64,000 nucleotides of DNA from an uncultured Gammaproteobacteria bacterium (GTDB lineage Bacteria > Pseudomonadota > Gammaproteobacteria > JAURND01). Within the stretch, counting starts at the first letter, position 1, and each line of letters begins with the position of its first letter. Below the pieces are notes generated by a model. The model was not told the origin of the DNA and ran no database searches. It saw only the letters and a list, made by a program, of their open reading frames with translations. The position numbers and the translations under genes were made by a program. The stretch covers positions 864,001-928,000 of the forward strand of contig CAVQQD010000002.1 of NCBI GenBank assembly GCA_963714975.1, given 5' to 3'. Below are positions 59,530-64,000 of this stretch, one piece after another.

Positions 59530-60723
59530 AAACCCTCGTAGTCCTATTTATTCGGTCTCGCAATTGAATAAAGAGGTGCGAATACTATTAGAAAATCAAT
59601 TTGCACCTCTTTCGGATCGAGGGTGAAATTTCCAACTTCAAAAAATTAAGTTCCGGGCATAGTTATTTTTCACTAAAAGATGCCTTTGCGCAGATTCGTT
59701 GTGCCATGTTTAAAAGTCGCCTCAATGGTATAGCCTTTCAACCCAAAGATGGAATGCATGTAGTACTCCAGGCCCGGGTAGGTTTGTATGAAGAACGAGG
59801 CGATTTTCAATTGATCGTCGATTATATGGAAGAAACCGGCGATGGGGCCTTACGTCGGGCTTTTGAGCTGTTGAAAAAACGCTTAGCAGAAGAAGGCTTA
59901 TTTGCTGCGATGCATAAAAAGGCCTTACCAAAGTTGCCTCGTTGCATTGGAGTGATTACTTCACCCACTGGAGCTGCCATTCGCGATATTTTAAGTGTAC
60001 TAAAACGACGCTTTCCAAGTATCCCAGTGATCATTTATCCCACCCAAGTACAGGGCGCAGAAGCAGCGAGGCAAATTTCTAGTGCTTTGGCACTCGCCAA
60101 TCAACGGCTTGAGTGTGATATTTTGATCTTAGCTCGAGGTGGTGGATCACTTGAAGATTTATGGCCATTTAATGAAGAAGTGGTAGCGCGTGCTATTTAT
60201 CAGAGTTCCATCCCTATTGTCAGTGGGGTTGGTCATGAAATTGATGTTAGCATTGCTGATTTCGTAGCAGACCACCGTGCTGCAACCCCTTCAGCAGCCG
60301 CAGAGTTAGTTAGCCCTAATGCTAATGAATGGCATGACAATTTGCAGCGCACGCAAATGCGCTTAACCATCACCATGCGCAACCAATTAAGCCATATTAA
60401 TCTAGTGGTTGCGAGCCTAGCCAAGCGCCTTCCCCATCCGCAACGTCGTTTGCAAGATTTAGCCCAACATATTGATCGATTAGAACAGCAATTACTGCTA
60501 GCTAACAGACATCTGCTACGGCATTGTGCAGCAAAAACTTGAGCAATTAGCGCGTGCTTTGGATAATGTTAGTCCCTTGCGTATCTTGGGTCGTGGCTAC
60601 GCCATTATGATGAAGGGCGATAAGATTATCCATTCCGTGGATCAAGTCATAGAGGGTGACAATGTCTTAGTGCAACTAGCTACTGGCAAATTAGCCTGCG
60701 AAGTAGAAAAGAAATTGGACTGA
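59516..60723 (+). CDS. xseA: Exodeoxyribonuclease VII large subunit; apparent frameshifts near 59611 and 60535
   Basis: YSVSQLN, IEGEISNF, SGHSYFSLKD, RGGGSLEDLW, GVGHE, TPSAAAE, SPLRILGRGYA. Confidence 0.92.
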
Positions 60724-60755
60724 TAGAGACAATGTGCTATCCTACGCAGCCTTGC

Positions 60756-60846
60756 GGAGAGGTGTCCGAGCGGTCGAAGGAGCACGACTGGAAATCGTGT
60801 ATACGGTAACCCCGTATCGAGGGTTCGAATCCCTCCCTCTCCGCCA
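60756..60846 (+). tRNA. tRNA-Ser(GGA)
   Basis: GGAGAGG acceptor stem, CACGA-CTGGAAA-TCGTG arm, long variable arm, GGTTCGAATCC, CCA. Confidence 0.96.
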
Positions 60847-61392
60847 TAGAATCCAGAAGCACGAATTGTAGATAGCTTTTATTCTCCAAGAAATCATGAG
60901 AACCCGAGATAAAAATATTACAACACGGGTTCGACAAAACGGCAGGATTGCCGTTTTGAACAGCTTGCTGCCCGCAGGGTGAGCACCAGGGAAGGTGCGA
61001 ATTAATCCCTCCCTCTCCGCCATAGAATCCAGAAGCACGAATTGTAGATAGCTTTTATTCTCCAAGAAATCATGAGAACCCGAGATAAAAATATTACAAC
61101 ACGGGTTCGACAAAACGGCAGGATTGCCGTTTTGAACAGCTTGCTGCCCGCAGGGTGAGCACCAGGGAAGGTGCGAATTAATCCCTCTCTCTCCGCCATA
61201 GAGTCAAAAAGCACGCACTGTAGATAGTTTTTATTTTCCAAGAAAAATGAGAACCCGAGATAAAAATATTATAACAAGGGTTCGACAAAACGGCAGGATT
61301 GCCGTTTTGAACAGCTTGCTGCCCGCAGGGTGAGCACCAGGGAAGGTGCGAATTAATCCCTCTCTCTCCGCCATAGAGTCAAAAAGCACGCA
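60828..61392 (+). repeat. tRNA-linked tandem repeats, RtT-like, about 3.2 units of 175-176 bp
   Basis: Units start at 60828, 61004, 61180 and 61355, each with the 19-nt tRNA-Ser 3' end AATCCCTCYCTCTCCGCCA. Confidence 0.92.
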
Positions 61393-61419
61393 TTTTACCG
61401 TATGCTTTGCCACATTCAT

Positions 61420-61460
61420 GAGATCCCTCGCTTCGCTCGGGATGACACCTGGGGAGTTAC
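61420..61460. repeat. Family-C palindrome half
   Basis: gagatccctcgcttcgctcgggatgac, matching 40879-40906. Confidence 0.7.
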
Positions 61461-61468
61461 GCAGATTT

Positions 61469-62341
61469 CTACAAAGTCAGCCCCAGATTAGCAATCACTA
61501 GATAAGTGCTCCTGGTTTGATTGCCAAATAAATGCTGGGCAACGGCTGACCCAACTCCTAATTGCAAAATCAAATGCTGGCTGGATACCCAAAGAGAGGG
61601 CGTCAAATAAATGATATTTCCTCCTGAGTTAGGATCAGTAGCACCGTTAATTACATTTTTTTGGCTGTATTGGCCATCTAGCTCCACCAGCCAGGCGACA
61701 ATGTACTTAGATTTTACCGCAGCAATATCACGACCCAAACCCAATTGATATAAATACGCATTGCCAAAAGTAGTGCCATCACGCGTTGTGGGCACAACCG
61801 CACCATAAGAAGTAAAAGCAAACCAATGAACATAGGTACGATTAAGCGTAGTACCTACGAAAAAGCTTGGTGCACCAAAACCCGTTGGAGGTTTCTTGGT
61901 ACTAGATCCAGTAGGAAAGGTAATATTGGTAACGAGAGTAGCCTGGTCTTCATAATTTGTTTTAATTTTATTATAAAAGACATATTCCAGCTGCAATGCA
62001 ATATCTTCGAAACCTGCAGAATGGTTTTGGGTTTGGGCAAAGCTAGCGGCAACGGGAATATTTAAAAATAATGAGAGGTCATCGCTAATTCCGTACAAAA
62101 TGCCAGAAACCACATCAACAGTATGTTTATCGATGCCTATAAAATCATCAGGTGCCACAAAAAACTGTAGTTGGTTTTGATCGAGAACATTTTGGCCAAA
62201 ACCAACCAAGGGACCAGGTCGTTGCGAGACGGGTAACACAAAATTACCCACTTCAGGATGCTGCTCTTCGATATCTTCTGCATAGACTACTGTGGATACT
62301 CCAAGGAGTACCCACATTACGAAGGAAACTATAATGCGCAA
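61469..62341 (-). CDS. Hypothetical exported protein, probable outer-membrane beta-barrel
   Basis: Signal peptide, alternating beta-strand pattern, FPTG and NSGG..IYLTP motifs. Confidence 0.6.
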   Translation of the reverse strand: MRIIVSFVMWVLLGVSTVVYAEDIEEQHPEVGNFVLPVSQRPGPLVGFGQNVLDQNQLQFFVAPDDFIGIDKHTVDVVSGILYGISDDLSLFLNIPVAASFAQTQNHSAGFEDIALQLEYVFYNKIKTNYEDQATLVTNITFPTGSSTKKPPTGFGAPSFFVGTTLNRTYVHWFAFTSYGAVVPTTRDGTTFGNAYLYQLGLGRDIAAVKSKYIVAWLVELDGQYSQKNVINGATDPNSGGNIIYLTPSLWVSSQHLILQLGVGSAVAQHLFGNQTRSTYLVIANLGLTL

Positions 62342-62368
62342 ATAAAATCCTTTTCGAGACTTCTTCCG

Positions 62369-63382
62369 CTACCTGAATCGCATAGATGATGTAGATGGCC
62401 TCTCTTCAAGAGCTGCATTAATCACCGCAGCCGCTTCAGGATTGGTTCTAGCCGCAATTACCGTCTCAACAATTTGTTGATATTCTCGTGAAGAAACTTG
62501 CACGCCTGACCGCTGATATTGCAAGATCAGCGCCTCCACTGCTTCTTGTTGAGGTGCACTTAGGCGTGGCTCTTGTTGAGTTTGCGCTACACCAGCATTG
62601 GCAAAACCTGGGGCAGCTTGTGCTTGTGACCTGGCAGCAGAATGCTCTGGGTACGGTTGTGGCCGTGTAGCTTGATAATGTGGCTGATAGTATTGATAAT
62701 ACTGGAAATTTACTATCTCTTGTTGATAATGTGCTATTTGTTGGTCGATATCAGCAGCACGGCTCGCTAATGCGATTGCCAGAGCACGTGGGCCACACTC
62801 GCCAGGGGTCAATGCGGGATCTATGTAACCATGGCGGGTATGTGCCACCCAATGGTCCTTGCCAATATTCGCCAAAGTGAGGGTTGGTCTCCCCGGCTGG
62901 CCATTGCTTAAGGTGTATGGTCTTAATGGAATGTAAGTGGGTCCCCTACCTGGGATAACCTGTTTTTTATACATTTGGATGTGAAGATCATAGCCGAGCG
63001 AATTAGCTATTTTGCCTAAAAAATCTACTGAAGCATTATTATAAGGATCGGCAGGATTGTCTCGTCCGCCATTATACGCATGAGCCAGTAGCTCATCATT
63101 ACGCGCTAACTGCGCTCCCACATGGCGAACACGTGCCTGGTAGTGATCTGATAGGGTCTGATAGGAATGGTGATGGATGTCGGAGCAAAAGCTGGGCCCA
63201 AACAGTTCATTTAGTTGTGCCTGTTGATGCTGGAGCTTGGCAATTTCTTGCAGCCTCCACGCCATTTGCCAATCAATATTTAATTGTTGGTTGATGCTTT
63301 GATAACTATTTCGAGCTGACTCGCGCTGACTGTACACCATATCATTCACCCTCATACAAATGTGATAAGTGGTATGATACAC
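62369..63382 (-). CDS. Gln/His-rich hypothetical protein with a candidate cysteine-protease core (start may be 63355 or 63340)
   Basis: TLTLANIGKDHWVA ... PGECGPRALAIAL. Confidence 0.6.
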   Translation of the reverse strand: MYHTTYHICMRVNDMVYSQRESARNSYQSINQQLNIDWQMAWRLQEIAKLQHQQAQLNELFGPSFCSDIHHHSYQTLSDHYQARVRHVGAQLARNDELLAHAYNGGRDNPADPYNNASVDFLGKIANSLGYDLHIQMYKKQVIPGRGPTYIPLRPYTLSNGQPGRPTLTLANIGKDHWVAHTRHGYIDPALTPGECGPRALAIALASRAADIDQQIAHYQQEIVNFQYYQYYQPHYQATRPQPYPEHSAARSQAQAAPGFANAGVAQTQQEPRLSAPQQEAVEALILQYQRSGVQVSSREYQQIVETVIAARTNPEAAAVINAALEERPSTSSMRFR

Positions 63383-63418
63383 TGTATTTTTTTCTCAGGC
63401 TACTAAAAAAGACACTTT

Positions 63419-64000
63419 ATGGAACAATTTTCTTTATTTGCACCCGTTAATTTAGGCAAAATTCAGCTCAAGAACCGGATCGTAATGGCTCCCATGACCC
63501 GATCGCGGGCGGATACGCAGGATATACCGACCGATATCATGATCGAGTATTATCGCCAACGTGCTAGTGCCGGGCTCATTATTACTGAAGGAGTTCACAC
63601 CTCTATTCATGCCAAGGGCTATCCCCGAACTCCTGGCATCTACACCCTAGAACAAATCCATAAATGGCAACAAATTACCCAAGCAGTACATGCCGAAGGA
63701 GGTAAAATATTCTTGCAAATCATGCATGTAGGCCGTATTGCGCATCCGCTTAATAAAGATCTGGCAGCAGAAACTGTGGCCCCCTCCCCTATCCAAGCCG
63801 CAGGCACGATCTATACCGATCAACAAGGATTACAGGCAATGGCTTTACCCAGAGCCTTAGGAATAAATGAAATTCCTGGGATCATTGAAGAATATCGACA
63901 AGCAACTTACAACGCGTTTGCTGCTGGATTCGATGGGGTTGAGCTTCATGCGGCCAGTGGCTACTTGCCTATGCAATTTTTGGCAAGTAATACTAACCTG
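63419..64000 (+). CDS. Old yellow enzyme / alkene reductase (NemA-like), runs off window end
   Basis: Translated by hand: LKNRIVMAPMTRSRA, YYRQRASAGLIITEG, QIMHVGR, AGFDGVELHAASGYL. Confidence 0.93.
   Translation, partial: MEQFSLFAPVNLGKIQLKNRIVMAPMTRSRADTQDIPTDIMIEYYRQRASAGLIITEGVHTSIHAKGYPRTPGIYTLEQIHKWQQITQAVHAEGGKIFLQIMHVGRIAHPLNKDLAAETVAPSPIQAAGTIYTDQQGLQAMALPRALGINEIPGIIEEYRQATYNAFAAGFDGVELHAASGYLPMQFLASNTNL

Noticed and set aside
56345-60723. waaC and xseA (also arnT and the FAAL fusion) as pseudogenes or programmed frameshifts
   Set aside because: Each is repaired by one-base changes in homopolymer or GATC contexts, with no other decay visible; sequencing error is more parsimonious.
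60828-61392. CRISPR array or prophage att sites
   Set aside because: Whole units are repeated with no unique spacers; there are no cas or integrase genes and no cargo between the tRNA-end copies.
60737-61419. Four similar minus-strand ORFs (MAEREG...)
   Set aside because: They are antisense translations of the tRNA and its repeats.

Overview
A 64-kb chromosomal window from a Gammaproteobacterium, most likely Legionellales/Coxiellales-like (two DotI/IcmL paralogues, PmrA-type boxes, orphan effector-like ORFs). The backbone is housekeeping: alaS-lysC-csrA-tRNAs, a reduced arn cluster, ppc, proS, bamD/rluD/pgeF/degP, murA-mla-kds-lpt-PTS, waaC, xseA and four tRNAs. No CRISPR array, integrase or transposase was seen. 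The most notable signals are: (1) a 37-44 kb hotspot where single accessory genes alternate with palindromic repeats and nested direct duplications, resembling a cassette array without a recombinase; (2) the same palindrome families inserted in frame inside lptA, a fatty acyl-AMP ligase fusion and moeB; (3) about 3.2 tandem 175-176 bp RtT-like repeats behind tRNA-Ser(GGA); (4) two large orphan ORFs with identically spaced PmrA-box/-10 promoters, plus a candidate permuted OTU deubiquitinase; (5) an arn operon lacking arnB, arnD and the formyltransferase. Several single-base frameshifts look like long-read sequencing errors rather than pseudogenes. All family assignments come from motif recognition by eye; no database search was run.
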